A stretch of DNA of 63,150 bases, the filler included, from Klebsormidium nitens (lineage: Eukaryota > Plantae > Klebsormidiophyceae), in the NCBI GenBank assembly GCA_000708835.1. It is 8 parts of 8 records of this genome, joined end to end, with 100 filler letters (N's around TTAATTAATTAA, not from the genome) between each part and the next. Parts side by side here need not be neighbours in the genome. Positions count along the whole stretch, not along the records: positions 44,440 to 54,110 come from DF238187.1; positions 54,211 to 63,150 come from DF238219.1; 6 more parts are not named here. One strand, written 5' to 3'. The position numbers were made by a program, and so were the translations under genes. Each line of letters begins with the position of its first letter. The stretch's first letter is position 1. This document shows, in pieces, positions 49,782 to 61,849 of this stretch. The notes under the pieces were generated by a model. The model did no database searches. It had not been told where the DNA came from and saw only the letters and a list, made by a program, of their open reading frames with translations.

Positions 49782-52700
49782 CTAACCCCTGTGCATCCGC
49801 GCGCTTGCAGGGATACGACGTCCCCCCGCAGTTGTTCCGCCGGCCCCCCCCGTGCCGCCCCTGCCTCTACCTCCACCTGCCCTTCCTGCGCCCCGGGCCC
49901 CTCTTCCCCTGCCCCCTCCCCTTCCTGTACCAGCGGCATCAAGCGCTGGCCCGCTTTCAGTGGTCGCCACCACTTGGCCCAGCTCCCCCCCCGCAGCGCC
50001 CCCGTCACCGCAACTCGTCATTGTACCACGTGGTACTTCCATTGCTGGGGCTCCGGGCGCCGTTGCTGGGGCTGCGGGCGCTGCAGCTGAAGGAGTGGCT
50101 CCACCAAGAGGCGTACCACTGCCTTGGCACGTCATTGAGGCTGCACTACGGGGCCGGTCACTCTGACCAGGTTCGGTGCCGGTGAGGATCTGTTCTTCTT
50201 CTTCTTCCTCATCATCGTCCACTTCAACCCGGCCCTCCAAGTCGGAACTGATCGACAATTGCTTGAGCACCTTCTTCCAATTTTTCCAACCGCTTCTCCA
50301 ATTGGCCCTTACTGCGGCTTGCAACACTCAGATGCCCCCTCCTCGCTGCCCTGTCGACAACAGCCTTAGCTGCTCGTGCTGCGGCACTCACACCACCGAG
50401 TTGTCGCTTCTCGTTTCTGGAGATGGGCCTTGCCAACACATTCTGCAGCTCGCGCCTTTCTCGCTCCTTTGCTACCAACTTCAGAAACAGAAATAGAAAA
50501 GGTCAAGTGGAGATCTTTCAAATGTGGCGAGCTTGTTCGCTTGGGAAACCTTACGGTTGTCAGAACAATTGCCAAGTCTGATCAGTGCAAGCCTTCAAAC
50601 AACAGTTCAACTCAGGCGATGACGGCGACCTGGAGACAGTGAAGACTGCATGCTTGTCAAAAGCGACTGCTCTTCAGTGTTTGGGTTTGACCCACCTGGT
50701 AGTTGCGGCCTTTGTCCATTCTGTCACTACGAAGTTGGTGGTTGCCGAAGTTGACCTGGTCCTGGTGCCCTTGTTTCAGGAGTGCCTCAAAGCCCTGCTG
50801 GGAGATGGCGGCGATGTCGAGCGGCGTGTCCCTGACCATGCGGGGAATGTGGCCCATGGCGAGGTGCATGTAGAGGGTGCAGAAGGGGAGCCCCACCGCC
50901 GCTGTGAACGCATCCACGTAGGCCACAGCAACGTCCTGAACGTGCTCTGCCTTTGTGCTCCGCTCGACGCTGTCCGGGGGGTTAGAGAGCGGGCTACGCA
51001 GTTAGTTGTTGAACAACTCGAGGGCTTTCCATACCCGTCGGTTCTGCGCCCGCTTGGCAGGGTCGTCGATGGCGATCTCCAGCATCTTGTCGTAAACCCT
51101 TTCATCCAGAGCAGTCAACGCCTCCCTGCACAACGAGATTGAGTCTGCTTTGGATCAAATTGGGAAATTTCTGTGATCTAATTCTACAAAACTGGTTGCA
51201 CGCAGATCTTTCAAGGCCAGAAGCAACGGGGTGAAGCAACGGAGTGTATAGTCTGGAGGTATTGAAAATGCAAGTCTTCCTTTTCCTTCACTTTCTTTGT
51301 GGTAGAATTAGATCGTAAAAAAGTAACCACGGACCATCAAGTCGAGTATCCTTAATCTGCACCACCCGAAAGCGATAGGCAGGGGAATACTCACTGCCAG
51401 TGATTCGGCACGCACACACGAACCTCTTTTTTTCTCGGTATGTCCAGCACATCACATCTTTTTCTCACCAACTTGGGAGACCAGGATTTGTTCCAAAACA
51501 TTCACTCACGTGAGCAGCACGCACCTGCGCTCAGGCTCAGCGCGCCCACATCCTTCACGTTGAGAGTTGGAAACATTGAGCTGGCGGTGTCCAAGTCAGC
51601 ATCGAGGAGTTCTGTAGACGTAGAAAAGCATAGCATCAACGCAAAGGTTTCTCACCTTCCAATGAAATTGATCGGCTCTGTATCCTTCCCCCTCGACGCG
51701 TTTGTCTTGCGGACCTCAACCTTTTTGCACCCAAGCCCCAGGTGCTTGATCAGTCGATTTATGGCTTCAACCTTCTCCTTCGTGTTCAGGTTCACTTCGA
51801 TCGTGCGTTGGAACGTGATGCTCGCGAGGCGGAGCAGCATGTGGAGGATGTAGAGGTACACCAGCGCGAGGGGAAATTTGAAAAGGGGGGGTGTCCCGAA
51901 CCGGACGCCATAATGCGTGAGTGCGTGCGCCCTGATTTGGTTTTTTGACTGGGGGGCAGGGAGAGCGTCGATGGTCTCCTGATCAGGGAAGGTTTGGGGG
52001 CAGTAGGGGCACTTGCTGTCGGGGCCCACTTGAAGAGGGCGGTGTGCTGCGGCCGCAAGGTCTTCTAAGGTTCTCAAGTCGGCGTGCTTCGGAACCCTTC
52101 GATCTGCCTGTTGCATCCAAGACTATAGCTCCGTACTCCCATTTGTGTTTCAAGCAAAGAAAACACCCCCAGGTATGAGAGTGCCCGCTGTGCCCCGGTA
52201 CTTCTGAGAGGAAGACGTAGTCGCCTCTTAGCGACTGTTTCAGGGTGTAGTGGGTCCCCTGTACGGTGATGCCGTCCCGCTCATGTCGTCAATGACCTTC
52301 CAGAATGGGTCTAGGTATTCCATGTGCTCGGCGTAACCGTCTTTACCCTCAAACTGGATGACTGTCCGGATGTGGCGGGGGTTTTGGGCAACGAGCTGAT
52401 CAGGGGATTTTAGGCTGAAGCCACACTTGGAAACCTTCAGACCACGCATGTAGCCGGCCGCGTCCCCCGCCCAGTGCATCCATGCCGTGTCCTCAGCCTT
52501 GTCCTTCCGATTCTGCAGGAACCCGTGCGCTCGCTCAGCGGAGATTGCCTCGTCGACGAGTTTGGCCAGGTCCAGCCACGCCGCCTTCCCCGACTCGTCT
52601 TGCATAATGGGGTTTTTGGCGTGGATCTCCTCCCTGAAGCCGTCTACCGTCCCCTTTGACGGCAGCAGAGGTATGAGAAGCCCCGACCCTGGGTAAAACA

Positions 52701-53481
52701 GCTCCACCCGGTCCCATTTTCCAGTCTCCTCGTTAAACTCCTTGCCGAGGGTGTTGATCAGGTCCTGGTACTTCTCCCCATGCCCAACTTTGCAATGGAT
52801 TTGCAAGCTGAGACAGCGCGCTGCTGCCCAGTGCTCCTTGATCTTTCCAAATGCTTCCAACCGCACAGGCGCCAACCATGCAGGGTTCTGTTCACAGAGG
52901 GTGTTAAAGTCCTCTTGGCTGATGTTAGTAGCTAGCACTGATGAGTAATCCTTTGGGAAGCGCTGGTAATGCTCAAACAGAGCCTGGTTTCGAGCTTCTT
53001 TTGTTGCAAACCTCATCAACAGAAACTTTTCAACCTCAGAGGCTACCCTAGATCCGGCTCTGTCGCTCTCTCCCCCTTCAAGTTTCCGCGCACGCTTGGG
53101 GGGTCTTGGTAAAGCTCTTGCAAGGCGTTTGAAAATTGCCCCTCTATGTTGCAAGCTGCGGATGGTCCGTTTCTTCTCCTCAAGCTCCTTTGTCAACTGC
53201 TCAACAACTTTTGCGGCTGCCTCATTCTGTTGCCTTTCCCTGGCTCGTGTAACAGAGATGAATGCCTCGAATTTCTGCTGTACTGAAGCATCACTTTTCT
53301 CTGTACGCAGGGCTTGCGTTCGAGGCTGAGCAGCACAGCTTGTGGCTGCCACTTTTGCTTTTACAAATTGACCACCTTTGCGAGAGGCGCTAGCTGCGCG
53401 TGCTGCCCGCGCCTCGTCTTTAGGCTCTGCTGCGATTGTAATTACAGTCACTCTTGGACGTTTTGCACCCCAAGATGCCAT
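49782..53481 (-). mobile_element. Degenerate spliced DDE transposase of the RAG1/Transib/Chapaev type
   Basis: Exons 53481-51656, 51125-50696, 50478-49782. Motifs in order: CLSLQIHCKV..EKYQDL; MHWAGD (D1, 52462); LRGDYVFLSEVPGHSG...CFLC (D2, 52220); RTLEDL; PLF..ILHMLLR; INFIGRE; TLYMHLAMGHIP...IAAISQQGFEALLK (E, 50786). Frameshifts at ~52280, ~52100 and ~50330; stop at 51002. Confidence 0.85.
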
Positions 53482-54210
53482 TGTATATAGGCCAGCCGCC
53501 CCATAAATGAAACTCTATGTTAAGCCGACAGCTTTGGCCCAATGAATGAGCTTGAAAGTACATTGCACCTCACATTGTATGCAGTCCGCCCAATAAATTG
53601 CAAACATGGTTGCTTGAACTGTTAACAGTGTTATCACTTCCACGTTGATTACATGGGCCATGATTAGATGCATTGACCCGTCATCTGTGCAACTAGCTAA
53701 GCGCGCATCCGTGCAATTCTAGTGCAAGTGTACATCTTGAACTTGATCTACCGAGCCATTACCACTCCACGAGTACCGTTACCATTCGCAACTCGGCGCT
53801 GGACCGAATTATTTGATATTTGCGACCGCGGATAGTTATCGTGCGGAAGAACCACACGTGCGGATGGTTGTGTCAAGTTCAAATTAAGGAGTGGCGCCAA
53901 TTGCAAGCGCACCAATTGCAAGCGCTCCGCGCCTTTCCTGAAAATTCTATGACTAGCAGCTTGATATTGTTAGCATGCTTGTATGCAGTTCTTTCCATGC
54001 ATGCTTATCAAATTGTTTCATGCTCATGCTGAGCATTGCATGTGAGCATGTCACGCCAGATTGGCTCCTTGCCATAGCACGTCCTGAGCGCGCGCGCGCG
54101 CGCATCGCGCNNNNNNNNNNNNNNNNNNNNNNNNNNNNNNNNNNNNNNNNNNNNTTAATTAATTAANNNNNNNNNNNNNNNNNNNNNNNNNNNNNNNNNN
54201 NNNNNNNNNN

Positions 54211-54269
54211 TATACATTGTGTGAACTTGATTGATTGAATATCACTTCCAACAACGCTGTGTTTCAACA
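54211..54269 (+). mobile_element. 3' end of a family-B LTR emerging from the gap
   Basis: TTCCAACAACGCTGTGTTTCAACA matches the LTR ends at ~55655 and ~62055. Confidence 0.55.
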
Positions 54270-55386
54270 ATTACCATGCTGAAGAGCGAGGCCGCAAGAT
54301 ACTGCAGCCTATCTGGTTGCACTTTTCAAACTTCTTACACCTTCAAAGTCAGCTTCTTCTTGCATTTTGTGTATTCTCCAAGCTTCCAAAACAGGAGAGG
54401 CGCCTCACAAAACCCTTTTAATCGTTTTTGTTGCAGCCAACCCGCTTCCAAGCCTTCTGCAAGGCTGCTCCAACTCAAAGGGGTTGACAAAATCGGAAAT
54501 TTTATGCTCCTGCACGAGGTGGAAATGAACTCCAGGTGGCTGATGTCATAGCGTGCTTCGACGAACAGCATTTGCAAAGCTTGCCCATCCCCCCAGCAAA
54601 GCAAGCCACAGTGAGGTGGCCAGAGGACCCCTTGCCCAAGTCATTCAAGATCTTTTCAGAGTCCATGTAGCTAGACATTTGGGTTGGGCCCATCGGAGGG
54701 ACGAAGGTGATGCAGATGGCTACGTGGCTGCCTTTTAATGACTTTGATTTGAGCGTACTGGCTTGACGAGGGAGGAGCGCGTTGAGAATATAACAGCTGC
54801 TAGATGCTAGTGGTTTGGAGCAAGCCTCGAGACTAGTTACTGTCTTTGCAGGAATCATAATGCATCAAATAATGTTCGTGCAACACGCAAGAATCATGGC
54901 TTTCATGCAAAACGGACATGTGGCTTCAGCTTTTTGTCAAGATTCACCTTTTATTTGCTCTTCAAATAAGGGTATCTGTAAGTAGCCACAGAATAGGATT
55001 GCATAATGACAATAAAGATCTACTTCATGCATCCAGGCAGGTTGCGAGCAGATGTGAGGATGTTTTCAACGAATGCCATTTGATGCTTTTTTAATGCTTC
55101 TGCTGGCAATGATGCGTGCTTTATTGGACATCTGCATTCTTGCCTGTGCCTAGTACATTATTCTTCCAGCTGGTTGTCTACGGGCCAGTTTCATAGGGTT
55201 TGCTCATGTTCAGAATGTCTGAAAACTGACTCATCAATACAGAACAGCAGACTATAGTGGTTTGTGCTAGCAGTGTGGATAACTAATTTGGTTTCTACTC
55301 GAGTCCAGTTGGTAGCGCGCTTGGTTTAAGTACGAGACTCGTGATGTCAGCACGGTCCATACTTACAACATTTGTGTGTGGGGGAG

Positions 55387-55671
55387 TGTTGAGATTCGGG
55401 CATTTAGTGTGCGCGATCTCTTGGGTAATGTCGGCAGGAGTTCGACGATAACCGGTGGTCAACGGTTGGCGGTTAAATGCGCGCAACCGGGTTCTAGCCC
55501 TACGCCCGAATGACTTCTTGAGAACTATCAGTGTAGACCAAGACTAGGAGTGTGACTCTTCTTGAGTGAATCTAGCATAGCATATTAAACTGCATAGCTT
55601 TAGCGCCGCTAGACTCCGAACACTTGATATATGGACTTTATCATTCGATCATTCATTCCCAACAACGCTGT
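55387..55671 (+). mobile_element. Copia family-B LTR preceded by a PPT (GGGGGAG, 55380-55386)
   Basis: TGTTGAGATTCGGGCATTTAG..., colinear with the 3' LTR at 62058-62432 (-). No RNase H coding is visible upstream. Confidence 0.8.
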
Positions 55672-56034
55672 GTCACCTAAGCGGGATCTTGAAGGGCGTG
55701 ACTGTCTTTTAAGCTTACACTACTTAAAACATTCATTTCACACTTGTAACCTTGAATACAAGCGACTTGCAATTCTACAAACAGAGCAAACAATTGCATC
55801 GTCTTGAGCGCGCGCACAACTTTAAATTGACGCAACTCAATCTTCTTGGGACAATGGACCACTCGTAAAGGTCTATGTTTACTTAGTTCCCTTAGAAATA
55901 GCAAACAAATTGAATGCTACCTGAGCATAAAAGAACCTAGCAATAAAGGCAAATTGGATGAATCCTGCTTTTCTTTCAAATTTCCTGCCAACGATTCCAC
56001 TTTCCAAAGTGCAACAAAAGCACTTAGTTTTGAG

Positions 56035-56590
56035 AAACGGAGTTGGTTGACGGCCACATTGTTGAGTTAGGCTCGATAGATTTGAGCCATAGCATTGTGA
56101 GTTTTGTCGTGTAACAAAACACTGTAGGAATGTGGTTTGTGTCGTGTAACATCGACGATAGAATTGGAAGTTTGTGTCGTTGAGTATCGACCGTCGGATT
56201 GCGTGCTGACTCGGATTGTGGATCGTTAGATGTGAGTCGGCTCGAGTAGTATAGTAACCCGACCAGTAGTAGTACGGTACTACTGACCACTAGTAGTACA
56301 GTGCCCCGTCACAATTCTGAGTGGAATATAGTTCATATTGTGAGTAGTAGAATGACCGGTTGATGGAAAGGAATCCATATGGTTGAACCGACTAGTGGGT
56401 GGTGGAAGTAGACCCGACCTAAGGCTAGAGTACACCTAGCTACGGGATTGGAGTGACTTTGGACTAATGTCATGTGATAGTATTATCCTAAGAGATGCTT
56501 GAAGGGAGAAGGGCGCTTCTTCGTGAGGGCGCTTATGTATGAGGGTGGTTAGACCCTAGCTTGTGACAAGCATGAGGGAATGATTTCAAC
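56035..56590 (+). mobile_element. LTR-like repeat family C, probably solo
   Basis: Homologous to 17475-18040 (-); ends TTTCAACA. Confidence 0.7.
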
Positions 56591-58727
56591 ATTATTTCGT
56601 TTAACCTCCACTAATCACCAGCAGTGGTGCAGCTAGGTTACAAACCTTTCCATCTCACCTCCCCTTACATGTTGCAAAAGGACGTGAGACCCTATGCTTA
56701 TCAAAGGTTCCTTTTCAGTTCCTTTAATCACATAAGCAACACTCGCCCGAAAGCTTATGTTGGCCTTACTGCACATCGAGCCTTGCTGTGGGATTGTCAA
56801 TAACGTAACCAATTTGTGACCCAGTTGATAGCGATTACATAACTTCTTCCACCTTCGAAATTATGTCACCGACGGTCTTTTCTAGGCACCCCTGCAAGGC
56901 ATCCTGTAGGTTGACCGCTTTTGCCAAGCTTGCCTATTATCGATGCCAACCGTGCTTGGTTGTTCGGTAAGGTGTGGACTGTCATCCACGTACCACGTAT
57001 GGCCACTTGCTAGTAGAGATTGCCTATCGCGGGAGGGCTTACCTTGCTGCCAGGCAAGAACGATCAATATCTCGACTAGGGAGAACCACACTAGAATGTT
57101 AACTCGTCCTTGGTTAAACGCATGGGCTTTCGGCCGTTCTCCCATGCGCTATAATGGCAATTTATTGTGTTCCCGTAACCTTGCGATTTCACTGCCCCTT
57201 GTTGGTCGCCAAGTTTCCAATAGCCCATCCCTTACTTAACGACCTTGTGCCAATGAGTTCCAGTGAAGTCCCAATCAACCTGTGAGGTGATTCCGAAAAG
57301 AACGAACTTAAATCACTGCACAAACTGAGACTGTGCAGCAAGCTCCACCGCCCCAAACTGACGTTCCAGCTGAGCCTGAAAAGCTAACCATGCAGCGCTT
57401 AACGACGCTCGTTGCCATCAATTCATGATTCCCCAAAGCTTTAAGGTCCTAACAATCATCATTTTGAAATTCAAGCACTGACAACACAGACGCACCAAAC
57501 AAACAGGCACTTATACGTCTTGCAGCCATGCCCAGGCAAATTTGCCCCAAAAGCAAGCATTACGATGTGACCTGCTTTGACAGACACATGTTACAAACGC
57601 CCTAGCATAAACAAGTTCCTTGCACCCTGTTAGTACTAGGTCTCAAATCTCACTGAAAGTTCTCATCAAACACACGTATGTGTTCAATGAATTCAAAATG
57701 CTGCATTTGCCACTCAAAATGTGATCCAAAGTGCTTTTACGTTTCGTTTCTTTTCTCCACCCTGCAATGGTTGATACTTCACGAAATCTTGCGATTAAGT
57801 GCCCGAGGGGCTGCCCCAGCTGATCCTTATCCAAAACCACTTCTAGAAACGCTGATGGCAACAAATCTTCCAAGTCAAAATGTATTTCACGGGCCCTTGC
57901 TACTTTCACCTCAAAACAGCAACTTTGAACGCCCGTATTGTCACTCGATACTTCGTTGCAGCAAGCGACACGCATACCGTTAGAATCGACTTTGTATCTA
58001 CTTCATGCCCATACGCTTTTTAAACACTGAATGAAAACTGAATTTCTGCCCTGCAAAATCTTAAATGTACTGCTGTGAGGGCTGAGGACTGTCGCCAAAC
58101 TGTCGGACCACTTTGATGCTATTCTTTGCTTAATTATTCGGGCTAACGACGCTCCCAATACACCGTTATGACCGTCTTTGAAATTAGATATTGCCAGATA
58201 ACTAAGACTTCAGGTAACCCGGCACGACCCATCCAAAAAGTTCCAAAATGTAATAAAAACCCACTGGCTGTGCATCATGCGAACATCAAACATTGACTTC
58301 CTGCGCAACTCAATTCACGAGTATTCCGAGCAAATCCTCACAGTGTTTCTCTTTTCAACCAAGAATGATCCGCATTTTCAATCATGTGCATGTGACTTTT
58401 TCGCCTCTAAGCGCTATATCCAGCTTTCACGACCGAAAATGTCTAAGCACCCGGGGCTGTGCTAAGCAACTTTAAGCACCTCAAAATTTCAAGTTTAAGC
58501 AAAAGCGAACAGGCGCAGCCCCAGATTTAAGCTTGCCACACCTTAGTGGACTTACCCGAGTATGAGACGACAACGCGCACCACAAAACCCCACCCCAATG
58601 CGTGTAAAGGCGCGACCTTCGTACACCTCCCGATCTCGATTATAGACGTAGCGCTTTGGCATTCATGTAATCCCCAAAAGCCGCAACTCTCTGATGCTCA
58701 AAATAGGCGCGTCAAATACAATGTAAT

Positions 58728-59213
58728 TGTTAGAATTCGGTTATTAAGGTCAATCGAATTACTATGTAATTAGGGTTCGACCCGTGTAGGGTTTGGACTT
58801 GTGAGCGCCGGCGTGCTCGTACGGCGGTTGGACGGTTAACCCGTTAGGCGGTTGAAAGCGGCCGTCAGTTTTAGCCGTAGATGAGGATATCGAAGGCTAG
58901 GATTGAGTGTGACTGTGAGCTAGGCTAGTGAGCCTAGTAATGTGTGAGTTAGGCTAGTAAGGCTAGTAGGCTAGTGAGCCTAGTGGAACGCGAAAGAACC
59001 CGTGAGGCAATAGTGGTGAGAAACGCTATTGTGATACATCATTCTAAGAGAAGTTTGTGGAGAGAAGGAAGCCGCTTGTGAGGCGCTTCGTGTGTTCCTC
59101 TTTTGATGCATGGCTGCCATCAATGAGTGATGAGCATGGGTGTCTGGCAACACAATAAAACCCGATGACGAGTGCCTCAACTACATTACGAGTCGGTACC
59201 ATGAGTTTCAACA
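58728..59213 (+). mobile_element. Solo LTR, family A, with 5-bp TSD GTAAT
   Basis: GTAAT|TGTTAG...TTTCAACA|GTAAT; homologous to 19645-19838 and 63003-63150. Confidence 0.92.
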
Positions 59214-60869
59214 GTAATCCTTGGTTCTTCAAATGTGACCCTATCATGCTCAAAGCTCCTCCTTCTTCGCCCTCAAACAAGGGAGAATGAAGGTAGGTAG
59301 AAGGGAATCCAACTCTCTAGCAACGTGGAATTTGTATGTTTTGCAGCTTATGAGTAATAAAGTCATAAATTGGAATTTGTGACTTATTCGTATTTTCCAG
59401 GCACTGTTACCACGGGAAAATATCGGATTTTTCTACAAGTCCAAGAGCTTATAGAGACGACAATTTCAGTATATAACGTTCTGCAATTTTAAACAAACAT
59501 TCACCTTGAGAAACAACGTGAGCCTCGAAGTGGAATTCTTCACACCTACCAAGTGTCTCAGGTCAATCTCTATACCCGTTCCACTAGAACTCCTTATGCA
59601 CGCAGCTGAAGCGTTATCGCCTAGGTTACCCGATGCTATGGAACCTACTGACACTTATAAGGCTTCTTTACATCCCTTATAAGGTAAGTAATAAGTCCAA
59701 ATGCAATGGCGTTGATATTTTCTATGGAAATCCGTGTTTCCAAAGAGCCAACGGAAACATCCCGTACAATCAAATTCAATTCAGAAGCCGTGTGCAAACA
59801 AAGAGAATTTGATTCCTAGGATCAAGAAATTACCGGAATGATCAATTATTGTACATGTACAAACTCGTCCAATTGATCAAATGCTATGCATCAAACTAGG
59901 GCAGGTAGAGGTCTTAGGGTAGGTAAGTCTTCAATCTTTAGTATTTTTGTAGTTCTCTCGTAGTAGTTAATGAAGATTTTCCGCAACTTCGGCAATGGTA
60001 TTGATACCGGTACTTGATTCCTGTCAGACTTTTATGCTCGAATTAAAGCCTATGCGTGAACACAGCGAAATCCTTTTTTGCGTGTGGGTATGAACGGCCG
60101 GTTGTTTCATTTGAACTTATGGCATTCAATGGTCACATGCGTTTCACCGTTATCCTCGGCATAATGCAAGCACGCTCACACATGCATCAATATCGCACGC
60201 GCAATATTGACACGTCACATGTACGCTCGAATCACTATTGAAGGATTTTGAAGAAGGAGCGAGACCGACAAGATAGTCGTTTGGCTCGTACTAAACGGGA
60301 AGCGGTTTGGTCACCCTACGTAAGGGGTGCTGCTGTATTATAGTCAAAAAGCGCTCGTTGCAAGTTGAGGTCCCTGGGATCCTTACACGCGAAAAGAGGA
60401 CGAATCACTGACCTGACAAGCAATCACCAGTAGGCGCGGAGTAAAATACTGTGACGAGTTCGATATGCAGTTAATACACACGAATCGTCACATGTTCGAT
60501 AATCGCACCGTCTACCTTAGAAAGTGGATAATTTCTTGGTAGAAAATGCATTATAAAGACCTCAAACACAGAAGTTAGCGGAATACGTGGCGAATTATGC
60601 CGAATGTAGGTTTCTGCCATTCATAACATTCTCAAATTCGTGCAAATCCAAGCTTCTGTAACATTGCCGCTCTGAGAATTTCCAAACTACAATGTAGACC
60701 ACATTTCCGTATATGGATCTAATCACAATCTAGTATGCGTCGGGGCTTGGGTACCTCTGGTGGCCGGCGGTCTTCGTGTCCATTTCCGATTGTAACCCCC
60801 GAAAGCAGAAGGGCTTTTGGATTGACGGGCTCACCTATTGGTGTCGACGGCCCACCTTAAGGGGGGTGG

Positions 60870-61241
60870 TGTTAGATTTGGGCGGTACTAGCCTTGAGTA
60901 CGCCCTAATATCCCTATGATATTTCGTCTATAGAATCGTAGGTTTGATGCATAAGATCGGCCGTACGATTGTGAGCTTGCATGATTGAATACCATATGCG
61001 AAACGTAAGCCGTAGGATTGAGTCCATTGTGCATGGGTTCTTTTGTGATGTGTATTTCGGTAAAGCCGTTCGATAGGTTCTTTTGTTGCCAACGTCGAAT
61101 AGGGACCGTCGATTTGTTGATTGAAGCACCTTGGGTACTAGCTAGGCTTGAGCTAGGCTATAAGACTTGGACTCATGTAGCAAAAGAACCACACTCATTT
61201 TTCCTAGTAGTTGTGCACTTGAAAGGCGCCTGCTTTCAACA
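60870..61241 (+). mobile_element. Solo LTR with near-perfect TSD
   Basis: GGTGG|TGTTAG...TTTCAACA|GGTTG (4/5 match). Confidence 0.6.
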
Positions 61242-61849
61242 GGTTGCCTATCTTAGGGACTGAATTTTCGAAATAATCAATTCACGTTCATAAGCTCACT
61301 GCTCCTCCGGTCAACTAAAGGTGCTGCCACCAATATTGAAGGCCTCGAATGCTGACGGGACCCTCAAATCCCTAAGTTTAAAGGCACATCATTGAAACTT
61401 AGGACCTAGTGGCAGGAGATCACGTTACATGCATAAAACTGTACCCACTTCGAAACCTTTGGACCTCGATACCCCCTATCGCATGCGAAGTACGTACCTG
61501 TGGCGACAATGCAGGGCACGCTTCCTGACAGGCAGACACGGCTTTGGTAATGGCCGGATCCGAGATGCGAGACCGCATCGTTACCTACATGCCATGCCAT
61601 ACTGGAGCAAAGCAGAAGCACCGAACTTATGTATCTTCTAAAGGTGGCGCACTTTCAAACCTTCAAGTAGGTCTTCCGAAGGCGCCACCATCATGGATGA
61701 GGAGATCGACGAGGCATCATACTTTTCGGCTGCAGCGGAGGCGCGCTTGGGGAAATTGTAGCGGCTTTGTGCTCAAGACACCCCCCTTGCTCTAAAAACA
61801 TGCGCGATTCCAATTTCACTCGCCTCTTATAATCCGACTTTTGTTTATA

